Part shown: piece after piece, positions 12,650-25,539 of the stretch
Layout of the letters: every line of letters starts with the position of its first letter
Numbering within the stretch: position 1 is the first letter of the stretch
Translations under genes and position numbers: made by a program
Notes under the pieces: model-generated
Database searches by the model: none
What the model saw: only the letters and a program-made list of their open reading frames with translations
What the model was told of the DNA's origin: nothing
NCBI RefSeq assembly: GCF_009914755.1
Contig: NC_060925.1
Reading direction: 5' to 3' (one strand)
From: the human T2T-CHM13v2.0 reference genome, Homo sapiens
DNA: 64,000 bases

Positions 12650-13750
12650 TATCTCAACCTAAACCTCACATCTTAAACAAAATTTAATATGAGATGGAAA
12701 TTTAAATGTAAAAATTAAAATATAATGTATAAACCATAGAAGAATATTATGAAAACATGGGGTAGGCAAAAACTGGGGGAAGATACAAAAAGCAGTAACT
12801 ATAAAAAAAAATGATTCAAATCTCATCAAAATTAAAGACGTCTTATTAAAAGCACCATTAAGAATATAATAAGGCAAGACAGACCATGGAAATATGTGGG
12901 CATCTTAGACATCCAACAAAGGGCTTATATCCAGAATATATAAAGAACTCCTACACCTCAATATTGATTTTGAAAACAACCCAATTTTAAAAGGGCAAAA
13001 GACTTAGACACTTTAAGAAAGAAGATAGAGCCAATAAATACAAGTGCTGAACACACTCACTATTAGAGAAATGCAAGGTAAAACTATAATGAGATTTCAC
13101 TTCAGAACCACTAAAATAGCTGAAATTTAAAAACTGACAACACTAAATGTTGGCAAGGATGTGGATAACTGGAACTCTCATACATTTAAAGTTGTGCCTA
13201 AGACTGGCAGTTTCTTATACAGTTAAGCATGCATCTGCTCCATGACCTAACAATTCCACTCTGACATGTATCCAATAGAAATGAAAGCATGTCTGCAAAA
13301 GTCCTTGTATAAGAATGTTCATAGCAATCTTATTCATACTAGCCCAAAAGTAGAAATAGCCCAGATGCCCATCAACAAGAAAATGGATAAACTAAATTGT
13401 ATTTTAACCATAAAAATACTACTCAGCAATTAAAAAAAAACTAATGAAACATGCAACAGCATGGATGAATCTCAAAATATTATACTAAATAAAAGAAGCA
13501 AGACAAAATATGTACTATATGATTTCATGTATATGAGCATCTGAAACAGGCAAAGACAAAATAAGTTGGAAAACCTCAGAAGGGCTATCACTGAAGGAGT
13601 GGGGATTGATTAGTAAGGGGCAAGAGAGAACTCTCTGGAATAATTGAAGTGTAGTTAGGTACATGGGTTACACAGGTATATACAATTCATTGCACTGTAC
13701 ACTTAATTTATTTCACTGTATTAAATTATACCTTGATTATAAACAAAAAA
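12650..13750 (+). mobile_element. Old L1M 3' fragment
   Basis: L1 ORF2 C-terminal and 3'UTR motifs (gttggcaaggatgtgga..ggaactctcatac; acagcatggatgaatctcaaa). Confidence 0.75.
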
Positions 13751-14289
13751 AGATTCCACTGGTTACCTCATTGTTTTAAATGTGGGTAAATAGAAAAAGC
13801 AAAATGATAAATTAGTTGATAACCAGAATGGAGAATTTTCCATCTCGCACTCTATTATTTTTCCTTGGAAATGTTTACATGTCTCTATACTACTTTATAA
13901 TTTCCTTAACAATTGCCAAAGCCAAATCCCAAGGTGTGAGTGAGAAAGACACAAAGGATAAATAGTAAAATATTTTTCTAAGGGAAACATTAGAGTGTTT
14001 TAGTTTTGGATATTGGCCAGAAGCAACAGTAAAACATAGCAGGTAAGACTGTAAGTTTGTAAGGCTTAGAATAGTGCACCACAGAAATGCAGTACCTTTG
14101 ATGAGGGAAGCCTGAAAATATTAGATGGTTAAGGAGTTGGGACTGATCTCAAGACTTAAGGTCTAAAAAAAGGTATCTTTCATATCTTAACTCAAATATT
14201 CATTCATGAAGCACTTATCTATGGAGTGTTATTGTATGCAAGGCACATTCCAGTGCAGTTCTATCCAATAGAAATCTAAAGTACACAAC

Positions 14290-15192
14290 AAAGATAGGAG
14301 CAGAATTCAATGAAAGTGAAAAACCATATTAAAGAGAAACTAAAACAAGTCTCTTGTAAAAGATCAATAAAATTAATAGATCTCTACTGAGACTGATGAA
14401 GAAAAATGGAGTAAAAACACAAATTACAAATATTAGAAAGAAAAGATGGAACATTATGAGAGACCCCACAGACTTTTCACAGGAAGATAAGGGAATCCTA
14501 CAAACAACTCTATGCCCATAGCTTTAACAACTTATATGGCATAGAACAATTCTTTCCAAGACACAAACTAACAAGCCCCACTTAAAAGAAAAGAGATAAT
14601 GTGAATAGTCATATATAGCTACTAAACAAAATAATCTGTAGCTAAAAACTTTCCAGGAAATAAAAATAGGCCACGGTCCAAATGGCTTCACTGGCAAATC
14701 CTATCAAGCATTTAAGAAAGAAACTACATCAATTTTATACAATCTCTTCCATAATATAAAAATGAATACTTTATAATTTTTATGAGACCAGAATTGTTCT
14801 GATATTAAAATCAGACAAATTCATTACCAAAAGAAACACTACAGATCAAGGTACCTTATGAACATAGATGCGAAACTTATCAACAAAATATTAGTGAATC
14901 TAACAACGTGTAGAAAGGATAATACATCGCAACCAAGTGAGGTGAATCCTAGGAGCCCAAGGCTGGTTCAACATTACAAGCCAATCAATATGTACTCCAC
15001 TATTGAATGAAAGATGAAAAACTATGATAATATCAAGAGATGTAGGAAAAAGTATTTTTCAAAATTAAAAATAAATTGATGGTTTAAAAAATCTCTTAGG
15101 AAGCTTAGAGTTAAGGAGAACTTCAAGCTGAGAAAGTGCATCTACAAAAATCTACATATAACATTATTCTTAATGGTGAAAAACTGTATGTC
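14290..15192 (+). mobile_element. Old L1M ORF2 (RT region) fragment; appears to resume at about 23125-23270
   Basis: GPNGFTGK/SYQAFKKE-like and LMNIDAK-like RT motifs. An F(V)DDMI motif at about 23148-23165 continues the same region after the nested insertions. Confidence 0.7.
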
Positions 15193-18100
15193 TGAGGGGC
15201 ATAAAGCAGAATGAAAGGCCAAGGCAAGTTTTAGAGCAGTAGTGAAAGTTTACTAAAAATTATTAGAGCAGGAACAAAAGGAAGTAAAGTACATTTGGAA
15301 GAGGGCCAAGTGGGTGATGTGAGAGATGCGAGTGCACTGTTTGACCTTTGACTTGGAATTTTATATGTTGGCATGCTTCTAGCATTTTTTAATCTTCTCC
15401 CCAATTCTTCCCCTGGGGGGAGGGACTGTCTATATGTGCAGTGGCTTGCCAGCAATTGGGAGGGGTTGCATGCACTGTGTGTTTACTGAAGTTATGTGCA
15501 TGCTCATTTGAGGCATTTTTCCCTCTAGCGTTCTTCTAGTATTTTTAGAGGGTGGTCATATACCAATTGAACTCCATCATTTTGCCTCAGTGCACATGCT
15601 TAAGCACGTGCCAAACTCCTTAAATCTTATCAGGAAGCTGCTCATCACCAGCTTTAGGTGTTTCCTATTTATTGGGAGACTCTCTTTTCCTGTCACCAGC
15701 CATGATAAATTATTATCTTAGAGAGACAGTTGAACAACCACATGACCATCACCCGATGGTTGCCTGACATTCCTGGGGAGGGGGACCTCTCTTTCCTTGC
15801 TCACACCTGCCTAACTACCTACTCTAACATTTTCCCCCTCAAGAATTCAAGACCCAATTCTTTGGGAAAATGGACAAAGGTCAGTCTTCTGAAACTGTTT
15901 CCTACTGATGAGGAGGTGGTGGTGCTTGTTCTATGGGCCTTGGCTTCTTGCTAGCTCTCAGAACAGTGTGGCTCTGTGAGTTAGTGAAAGTGGTATCCAG
16001 TCAGGGCCAAGGGAGACAGGGGTGGGATTTCACTTCTGCTGTGTCCCTCTGATGGCTGGTCAAAGAGTCCTCGGTAGAAGGGTGACTTTTGAATATTGAC
16101 AGGATGGTATCCCTCACTGAGAATCATCTGGAGCTTGATGGGCTGAAGGCAAGAGGAGAGAAATCAGTTATTAGATTTAGAAGACATGGACCACAAAGGA
16201 TCAAATGTAGGAGACTAACAAGTGAGCCTATAAAAGAAAGAACACAGAAGAACTATTTCAAGTTTCCTTCCCAATTTAGCCAACCCAAAGAGGTTTGTTC
16301 CTATAAATTGGAGGCTCGTTTTAGGAGTTGTCTGATGTTGCCTTATACTTTTCTAAATTGATTTACCCAAAAGCAACATTTTTTCATCTAAGGCTAAACA
16401 AAATTCCTTCCTGTGCCACCATTAACATATCTAGTCCTTGATAATTTTAGAAGACTATAGCTGCTAAAGAACCTATTTATCCTTGCATAATTAAGGTTTT
16501 AGCCACGGCATCAATATTGTCGGCTATTTCCTTTGAGAGTTGGCAATAGATTAAGGAGGCTTTTGTGATTCCAGCAATTCCAGTTTCTGCACCAGCTATC
16601 ATGCCAAGTCCCACAAGAAGGGGGATTAATTGAATAATGCTCCTCACCCCAGGAAAGATGGAATGGCCATAGACTGGTACTGGAAGAGAGAGATTGCCAG
16701 GGGCTATGTAGATGTCAGGGGATAGATAGCCTGTGATACAAGTCCTAGACCAGTTAGTGAGGAGGCATTGGTGAAAGGATTGGCCACAAATAGAGAAGGC
16801 TCCTTGGGTTTTAAACCAAGTAGAAATGTCAAAACAGAATAGAAGTTTGACTTGTTCCAGCATAGGTAAGGGGCATGGCTAACTCCTTTTGTCCCCAGTC
16901 CTTACATATAATTTAATGGCTTTAAAACAGGCAAATTGTACAGTTAAGAGTCACAGTAGCAGTTTATGAAGGATTTATTAGGCCTAATAGCCTGTAAAAT
17001 TGTGCATTTTTATAAATTTCTTTTCACAATTCTTTTCATGACTTACATAGACCATCTACAACATGCTTAAGCTTTCTGACATATCCTAAACATCCCTCTT
17101 TTTAAATGACTAGTCATTTTACTTAAGGACAAGAATTTACCATACAATATCCTTTTTTAGACAAAATATTTTCTTTATAACCTTCCTTACCAAGAAAAAT
17201 ACCTCTTTATAACTTCTGAATTAGACAAAAGTCATTTTCCCTTTGTTGGGAAGTTATGTTTGTACTATGTGTTGCTGTGTGAGTCTTGTGACAGGGGAGT
17301 AGATAAAGAGGTTATCTATGTATGTATAAGTTATCCTCCCTCAAGAGATTGCTTGGTTAGATTTCCCTAGGGCTTGTCCAAATAAGTATGGACTATTCTA
17401 AACCACTAAGGTAAGACTGTCCAGGTTGAACTTATTGGTTAAATATTTTTGTAGCTTACCCCAGGAGAAATAGGGCTATTAGAAAGAAAGGTGAATTTAG
17501 AGGTTGAGTAAATATTAAGCAGGCACTCATTTTGGAAAGTATATTTTTGCCCCAAAGAGGTATTGAGTATTTAGACATTACCAGGGACTCGTGGAAGAAT
17601 TGTAATTGGTCCCTTAAGTTATATAAAGGGGTGTGGATCTTTTCTTTTGGAGAGAGGAGGTGTCATTTGCCCCCATTACCTAACAGGATTTGTGGGAGAG
17701 TTGTTCAGAGAAGGAGATTAGTGAAGTAGGCAGCTCTTGGACCTAAGAGGGATTTATAATTTTACTTTTCAACTCCAGAGTTGCCCTTGGCTTCATCTTG
17801 TTGATGATGATGTCTCATTTGTAAGCCAATCAGAGTAGTGAGCCTCTTCAGCTCAAGACCACCATGATGGGTTGGGATTCTGTCCCAGGGGCCCTTTGGA
17901 ACCCAGGGAAGTCCCATTACCAGTGGCCAAGCTTGTGACAGAGGAAGCAAGCTGTGCAGGGCTTTTTCCCATTTATCCTATTGGGACAGTTTGCCTTCCA
18001 GTGCCCTGGCTTCCCACACTGATGGCAGGAACCTGGGAGTATATTCTGACGACAACCTGGGGGGAGGCTGCAGGGCTTGTAGAGCAGCCAATAGTTGAGC

Positions 18101-20460
18101 CTGCCTCTTGTTCTTGCATTTTCCCTTTTCCTTACCCCTGTCCTCCTTATTCCACTGTCAATTAGAAAAGACTGAGGAGGCTAATTTGAGGTTTTCCTGC
18201 ATGAGGCACTGGGTTCTAAGCTGACTTTTGTAATTGCCTCCCCTTTGTTAAGGATGGATCTGAGGGGCATGTCCTGTGGTATAGAGATGCAATTACCCAT
18301 CTGTGAAAAGGGAACAGAAAATAAAAAAGGAAAGAATGTGTCTCCTCTTATTTCCCTATTATCCTTCCTGAACAGGTCATCGCCCATTTGTCCATAGGGT
18401 TCTGGAATGAACCAGTCTCACCAGGTACCCTTAACCTTGGTCTTGGTCTCATCTCATCACAATTACCCTCTTGAGAACAGAGGAGATACTAGGGTAAACA
18501 CAGGGATCCTATTCATTTCCAGGGTTCTGAAATTAACCAGTCTTATGGGTACCCCTAACCTTGCCTTCCTCTCTGTTCTATTGGTAATCTGCCCTGGGGT
18601 CAGCCTTCATCTCTCTGTCCTATGGGCACGTCTGTCTCTTGCATCTGCAGCCTTGGGCTGGCCTATATCCTTGTCTCCATGACCTTATAGTGACTCTAGC
18701 TTGGGGCATTCTGGCAACAAAATGATTATCTCTTTTCTTATAATCACATTTCCCCATGCTTTTTAAATATATGAGAAGCCTATTTTTTAGCTAATTTCTG
18801 CAAGAGGGCTGGACTTACCTCCCTTCAAATATGACCTTAAAAGTCTTGAGGTATACTAAGAAGGGCATGAAGATGATTAGAGGAATGGAGGAAATTTTGT
18901 ATTTTGGGTTCCTCATCCTCCCAGGGTAATGTGCAGAAAAAATACTTGAGCAGACAGGACCATCCTATTACTATAGGAGGAAGCTGGAGGAAGAAGGGGG
19001 ATACTCAAGGAAAGGCTTCATGTGCTTGCAAAAACGACAGCCCTTGGATTTGAGATGGCAACATTTATTTGCCCTTTTGACATAAATGAGAAATTCTGCA
19101 AGATGTGGGGCTTGGGATAAGGGCTCACAAATGCAAAGGAAGAATTTTCCCTCCTACCAAACGGGTGCTAACTCATAAAAAGCAAGTAGATGGGGTCCTT
19201 AAAGGGCCATAGAGGGAAGCCCTCTGCAGGTGAACAAATTGCTTCAAGAGCCACTGAAAAACTTGGCTATGGAGCATAACAGGGACAAAAAACATAGGGT
19301 AAGTCATAAGAAGCTGGCAGAGCCATGGTTCTAATTACTGTCTGTCCCAGCAATAAGCCAAAAGACATCCACAGGGGAGCCTGTTTCCTTGCAGCTGCAC
19401 AAATGCAGCAAGAGCCACAGGTGTATGAATAATAGGGAGTGTGTGTTTAAGGCAGAGAAGGAAGTCTTATGGCATGTGAAGTGAAAGCAGAGAAGAGACA
19501 TACTTGCCTTTGAGACAGACTGTCCAGTGGGTGTGCAAGGCCATTTCAGAATACACACCGAGAAAACAGGAGAGTAGGCAGTGTGGGTTTTGCGGAAAGA
19601 CCTCATTTTCATTTCAAACGCAGAGGAAGCCCCAGACATGGCACCATCCTAGGCTTTAGCCCTACCACTCTCTCGAGCCTCCTGTCCAGAAGGGCTGTTA
19701 GTGGCTCAGATCTGTTTGATGTGGACTTCAAGGTCTTTTCCACCTCCACAAGCCACTCATCAGTGTGAGATGAGAGATCAGCTGTGGGGAGCAGAGCCAC
19801 TGTTTGCCCCAAGGGAAGAATCAGGGGAGGAATCATTCTGGGCGTTGCTTAGTAAGCAGGAGAGCAAAAGGGGAGAAGGAAACCACATAAGGAGGTTGAA
19901 TACCTCCAGCCCAAGAAGGAAAGGCATAGAGGTATCTTACCACTAGGGAACGTATGTGAGTCATGGCACTGAAGTATGTTAGCAGTGGCAAAGACATACA
20001 AGTCAGCAGCAACTCGATTCTTGCCTCCTTGAAGGAAATAATTCACCCAAGGATTATAGGCAGAATGAAAGACCAGAGCAGGAGTGAAAGTTTATGAAAA
20101 ATTATTGGAGCAGCAGTGAAAGCAAGTAAAGTACATTTGGAAGAGGGCCAAGCAGGTGATTGGAGATATCCAAGTGTGCTGTTTGACCTTTGACTTGAGG
20201 CTTTATCTGTTGGCATGCTTCCAGGTTTTTCATCTCTTCTACCCCAATTCTTCCCTTGGGGTAGACTGTCTGTATGTGCAGTGACCTGCTAGCACTTGGA
20301 AGTGGCCACATGTGCAGTGTGTTTACTGAAGTTGTGCACCTGCTCATCTGAGGTATTTTTCATTTTTCCCCCGCCAGTCGAGTGGTGACCAATTACTACT
20401 TTAGAGAGAAAATTTAACATCCCCCATGACTATCATCTGATGGTCACTTGACAATTCTGG
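15193..20460 (-). mobile_element. Internally deleted MER50 / HERV-FRD-family provirus (3' LTR 15193-15829, internal 15830-19976, 5' LTR 19977-20460)
   Basis: Two homologous LTRs. The 3' LTR begins tgttagagtaggtagttaggcag on - (MER50-like), preceded by the PPT gagggggaaaa. A degenerate His-type PBS follows the 5' LTR. A gag start MGNCISIPQD lies at 18300, and an env remnant is present. Confidence 0.85.
15981..16863 (-). pseudogene. env remnant (SU C-terminus + TM) homologous to syncytin-2 (ERVFRD-1)
   Basis: PDIYIAPGNLSLPVPVYG..IPLLVGLGMIAGAETGIAGITKASL..QLSKEIA, then across stops and frameshifts GLDML..QEGI/CLALDEK/CCFWVNQ, GNIRQLL, GWLNWEG, GPCLLNLIT, IKLQ..NIQKSPF. Multiple inactivating stops. 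Confidence 0.88.
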
Positions 20461-23120
20461 CAGACTTAAATGTAAGGCTCAAACTATAAAAATTCTGGAA
20501 GACAACATAGGTGATACCATCCTCGAAATAGGAACGGGCAGAGATTCACCTCTCCCTCTCCCTCTCCCTCTCCCTCTCCCTCTCCCTGTCCCTCTCCCTC
20601 TCCCCACGGTCTCCCTCTCTTTCCACGGTCTCCCTCTCATGCGGAGCCGAAGCTGGACAGTACTGCTGCCATCTCGGCTCACTGCAACCTCCCTGCCTGA
20701 TTCTCCTGCCTCAGCCTGCCGAGTGCCTGCCATTGCAGGCACACGCTGCCACGCCTGACTGGTTTTGGTGGAGACGGGGTTTCGCTGTGTTGGCCGGGCT
20801 GGTCTCCAGCCCCTAACCGCGAGTGATCCGCCAGCCTCGGCCTCTCGAGGTGCCGCGATTGCAGACGGAGTCTCATTCACTCAGTGCTCAATGGTGCCCA
20901 GGCTGGAGTGCAGTGGCGTGATCTCGGCTCGCTACAACCTACACCTCCCAGCCGCCTGCCTTGGCCTCCCAAAGTGCCGAGATTGCAGCCTCTGCCCGGC
21001 CACCACCCCGTCTGGGAAGTGAGGAGTGTCTCTGCCTGGCCGCCCATTGTCTGGGATGTGAGGAGCCCCTCTGCCTGGCTGCCTAGTCTGGAAAGTGAGG
21101 AGCGTCTCCGCCCGGCCGCCATCCCATCTAGGAAGTGAGGAGCGCCTCTTCCCGGCCGCCATCACATCTAGGAGGTGAGGAGCGTCTCTGCCCGGCCGCC
21201 CATCGTCTGAGATGTGGGGAGCGCCTCTGCCCCGCCGCCCCATCTGGGATGTGAGGAGCGCCTCTGCCCGGCCGCGACCCCGTCTGGGAGGTGAGGAGCG
21301 TCTCTGCCCGGCCGCCCCGTCTGAGAAGTGAGGAGACCCTCTGCCTGGCAACCACCCCATCTGAGAAGTGAGGAGCCCCTCTGCCCGGGGGCCACCCCAT
21401 CTGGGAAGTGAGGAGCGTCTCCGCCCGGCAGCCACCCCATCTGGGAACTGAGGAGCGTCTCCGCCCGGCAGCCACCCCGTCCGGGAGGGAGGTGGGGGGG
21501 GTCAGCCCCCCGCCCGGCCAGCCGCCCCGTCCGGGAGGGAGGTGTGGGGGGTCAGCCCCCCCGCCCGGCCAGCCGCCCCGTCCGGGAGGTGAGGGGTGCC
21601 TCTGCCCGGCCGCCCCTACTGGGAAGTGAGGAGCCCCTCTGCCCAGCCAGCCGCCCCGTCGGGGAGGGAGGTGGGGGGGTCAGCCCCCCGCCCGGCCAGC
21701 CGCCCCGTCCGGGAGGGAGGTGGGGGGGTCAGCCCCCCGCCCGGCCAGCCGCCCTGTCTGGGAGGTGAGGGGCGCCTCTGCCCGGCCGCCCCTACTGGGA
21801 AGTGAGGAGCCCCTCTGCCCGGCCACCACCCCGTCTGGGAGGTGTGCCCAACAGCTCATTGAGAACGGGCCAGGATGACAATGGCGGCTTTGTGGAATAG
21901 AAAGGCGGGAAAGGTGGGGAAAAGATTGAGAAATCGGATGGTTGCCGTGTCTGTGTAGAAAGAAGTAGACATGGGAGACTTTTCATTTTGTTCTGCACTA
22001 AGAAAAATTCTTCTGCCTTGGAAAAAAAAAAAAAAATAGGAACGGGCAAAGATTTTATGACAAAGACACCAAAAGCAATCACAACAAAAGCAGACATTAA
22101 CAAATGGGATCTAATTAAACTTAAGAGTTTCTGCACAGCAAAAGAAACTATCAATAGAATAAATAGCCTACAGAAGAGGAGAAAATATCTGCAAACTATG
22201 CATCCAACAAAGGTCTAATATCCTGCATCTATAAGGAGCTTAAACAAATTTACAAGAAAAAAAATAAGCAACCCCATTAAAAAGTAAGCAAAAGACATAA
22301 ACAGACATTTTTCAAAAGATGACAAACACACATAGCCAACAAGCTTATGAAAAAAGAAGCTCAATATCACTGATCATTAGAGAAGTGCAAAGCAAAACCA
22401 CAGTGAGATACCATCTTACACCAGTCAGAATGGCTATAAAGGTCAAAAAATAATAGGTGCTAGAGAGGTAGTGGGGAAAAGGGAATACTTATACATTGTT
22501 GGTGGGAATGCAAATTAGTTCAACCAATGTGGAAAGCAGTATGGTGATTTCTCAAAGAGCTGAAACAGAACTACCATCTGACCCAGCAGTCTCATTACTA
22601 GATATATACATGGAGGAATATGAATCATTCTACCATAAAGATACATGCATGCAAATGTTCATTGCAGCACTGTTCACAACAGCAAAGACGTGGAATCAAC
22701 CTAAATGCCCATCAATGACAGATTGGATGAAGAAAATGTGGTACGTATATACCATGGAATGCTATGCAGTCATAAAAAAGAACAAGATCATGTGCTTTGT
22801 GGGAACATGAGCTGTTGTGGGAGCTGGGGCTATTATCCTTAGCAAACTAACACAGAAAGAGAAAAAATAATATCGAATGTGCTCACTTATAAGTGGAAGT
22901 TAAATGATGAAAACTCATGAACACAAAGAAGGGAACAACAGACACTGGGGTCTGTTCGAGGGTGAAGGGTGGGGAGGAGGAAGAGGAGCAGAAAAGATAA
23001 CTATATGTGTACTAGGTTTAATACCTGGGTGATGAAATAATCTGTACAACAAACCCCTGTTACACGAGTTTACCTACATAACAAACCGGCACCTAAAATA
23101 GAAGTTAAAAAAAAAAAAAA
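20461..23120 (+). mobile_element. 5'-truncated L1 (old L1PA/L1PB-type ORF2 end + 3'UTR + polyA), interrupted by an SVA
   Basis: ORFs 21988-22218 ([37 protein letters not shown]) and 22496-22810 (MFIAALFTTAKTWNQPKCPS) are L1 ORF2p C-terminus; polyA at 23107-23120. Confidence 0.92.
20547..22034 (+). mobile_element. SVA (SVA_F-like): CCCTCT hexamers, Alu-like domain, VNTR, 3'-truncated SINE-R, polyA
   Basis: Hexamer repeat from 20549 and subfamily-F-like motifs (tcatgcggagccgaagc, cagcccctaacc, acaacctacacctccc; recalled). TSD aaataggaacgggca at 20526-20540 and 22035-22049. Confidence 0.95.
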
Positions 23121-24906
23121 CTTGAAGTCAAAGAAAAAAAAACTGCCTTTGTAGATGATATGATTCTTTCTACAGAAAATCCCAAGGAATCTCAAAACGA
23201 ACAAACAAAACCCTCGTGAAATTGATAAGTAGTTATAGAAAGGTTTAGGATACCAAAGTCAATTGCTTTCAGTTGTATCTTTGCAATTTCCTGTGAATGT
23301 ATAATTATTTCAAAACAAAAAAAAAAGTCTTAAATGGAAAAATGACCTACTCTCATAAACCACAAATATATGTAATCTTGCTTGGGCTTGATAAATAAAT
23401 GGTGATAACTTACAAAATGACAAGAAGAATTACTGTTCTCTTTTGGATTTATTGATGGGAGGTAAGCCGAGGAATCCACCAAAAACCTCTGGAAATGAAA
23501 TAATTTATTTTAATATTAACTTATACTGAATCATGCACACAACTGTAGCCTCACCTTTCAAATAATATTAGTATTAACATTTTGGTATATTTCCATCCAG
23601 TATTGTGTGTGTGCTAAAAATTGAAGAATTCCAAAACTTTACCGTTCATGAGAATTACCTGCAGGGTTTTTTTAAAGACAAACCACTGGCAACACTCCAG
23701 AGTGTCTGACTCAGTAGCTCTAGGTGGAGTGCAAGAACTTGCTAACAAGTTCCCACGTAGTGCTGATAATATTGATACAGGGAACACATTTTTGGAATGC
23801 TTGACAAACACTATAATTCTATTCTCTTTTTTTACACTCCAGAATACATTATGAACCTGTTTTATTGTTGGTCTTCAAAAACATAATTTTAATAGATTTA
23901 CAGGTTTCCAATGTATTTCTGTCCCATCATTTATTTTTAAATTTGTATATTTTGTTGGAGCTCCAAAGGGGCAAAAATTATAGCTCCCCTTTTCTTTCAG
24001 TCTAAGTTTTGAATTAATTGAGAAAATAAAACTATATAGTAAAGCAGGAGATCAAAATATTACTTTTATTAAAGAACAAAACTCTGATATTGGGAAGTGT
24101 GCGCAGTATCTATGAGCAAGTCAGCTTCTGAATACTAAATCCAGGAATTAAGCAAACCTTCCCATTCCAGCACTGGAATTCTTGCACCACCAGGGATTCC
24201 CCCTGATGGCATATGCCCAAAGGCAGTTGGGGGCACACGGTCTGTGTGGGTTGCTTGACTCGCAAGAGAAGAATCCGTGGCTATCCCCATCAATAATAGG
24301 AAAACAGCAACCTTTCAGTACAGCTCTATTCCGCTTTCACGAGGCTATTCCACAGCACCATGGTTTAACACGGTTTAAAGTCACATGAGATACGACAGGT
24401 GAAAGAGCTAAGGACAAGCCACGCCAAAATATGCCGCTTTGACATATTAATTATTTCCAGCTGATGACACTTGAGAAACAGCAGATGCAGGAAGAGTCAT
24501 CTAACGGCTCCTTTTCTACTGAAAACAAGCCACAGAATTTTCCATGAGAAAGATTCCCTCCCTGTGCCAGGAAGAGAAGAATACCCTTATCACCAGAGAC
24601 TGGGAATCAATGCCGAAATGGATCTGTACAAACAAACATACTAAAATAACCCTTATCTTCCACTAGTTTTATTCCCTGCCCCACCACCACCATATATCTC
24701 CTAGTGACTTCTCCACAACTTACAGCTCCTAGTTCAAACCCTTTTGTCTTGTCATTTCTTCACAAATGTATTGTTGGGGCTCAGAAACAGATACCCCAAA
24801 TTCAATGCGTTGACAGGCTGAACAGAAGAAGCCTCAAGGTTTCTCTGACCTTCTCCCTCTGCTGTCTCTCCCAAGGAAGGTGAAGTTCCTTTATCCATAC
24901 AGTCTA

Positions 24907-25063
24907 TTGTTTTTTTTTTTTTTTTTTTTTTTTTCCTTTTTCTGGAGAACGGGGTCTCGCTATATTGCCCAGGCAGGTCTCGAACTCCTGGGCTCAAGCT
25001 ATCCTCCTGCCTCTTAGCCTCCCTGAGAGCTGGGATTACAGGCGTGAGCCACCGCGCCCGGCC
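24907..25063 (-). pseudogene. BC200 (BCYRN1) RNA retropseudogene: 5' Alu domain + start of A-rich domain
   Basis: The reverse complement reads ggccgggcgcggtggctcacgcctgtaatcccagctctcagggaggctaagaggcaggaggatagcttgagcccaggagttcgagacctgcctgggcaatatagcgagaccccgttctccagaaaaaggaaaa. This carries the BC200-diagnostic positions. A 12-bp TSD ccatacagtcta lies at 24895-24906 and 25064-25075. Confidence 0.92.
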
Positions 25064-25539
25064 CCATACAGTCTAAAGATAGAGGAATTTCCTTTATCCA
25101 TACCTACTTCCCCTTCCTGTAAGACCACAAATGTGACCACACCAGAACAGGCCCTTTCACTGTCAAAGAGAACTATTTACAAGTTACTCTCAGTTCCAGA
25201 ATCCATTCATTCTCCTTCATAATCCTTTATTGCCCCTCAATGGAATTCCTCTTCTCATCACTCCCATAACCTGTTGTCAGGATGTTACATAAGCTTCTTA
25301 ACCCCATTGCAAGTGAGTAGTCACCCTGTAATTCCCTCCATGTGCACTTTCTGTGCATGTTGCATGAAGGCAGTTCACTTCTTAAATTTGTGTGCATTTT
25401 ATCCTATTAAGCTGTCTCATGTCGGTGATTTTTCAGTGAGCTTTCCCTACAGCATCATTTCTTTATTTAAATGATATAAAAGCTTTCTGTTCCAGTCACT
25501 CCTTCAGGTCTTTGTCCTCTTATAAAGATCCCCATATAT

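Noticed and set aside
20479-21805. Many overlapping 65-167 aa ORFs on both strands (also 3178-3506)
   Set aside because: They arise from the GC-rich, stop-poor SVA VNTR and Alu-like domains; not genes.
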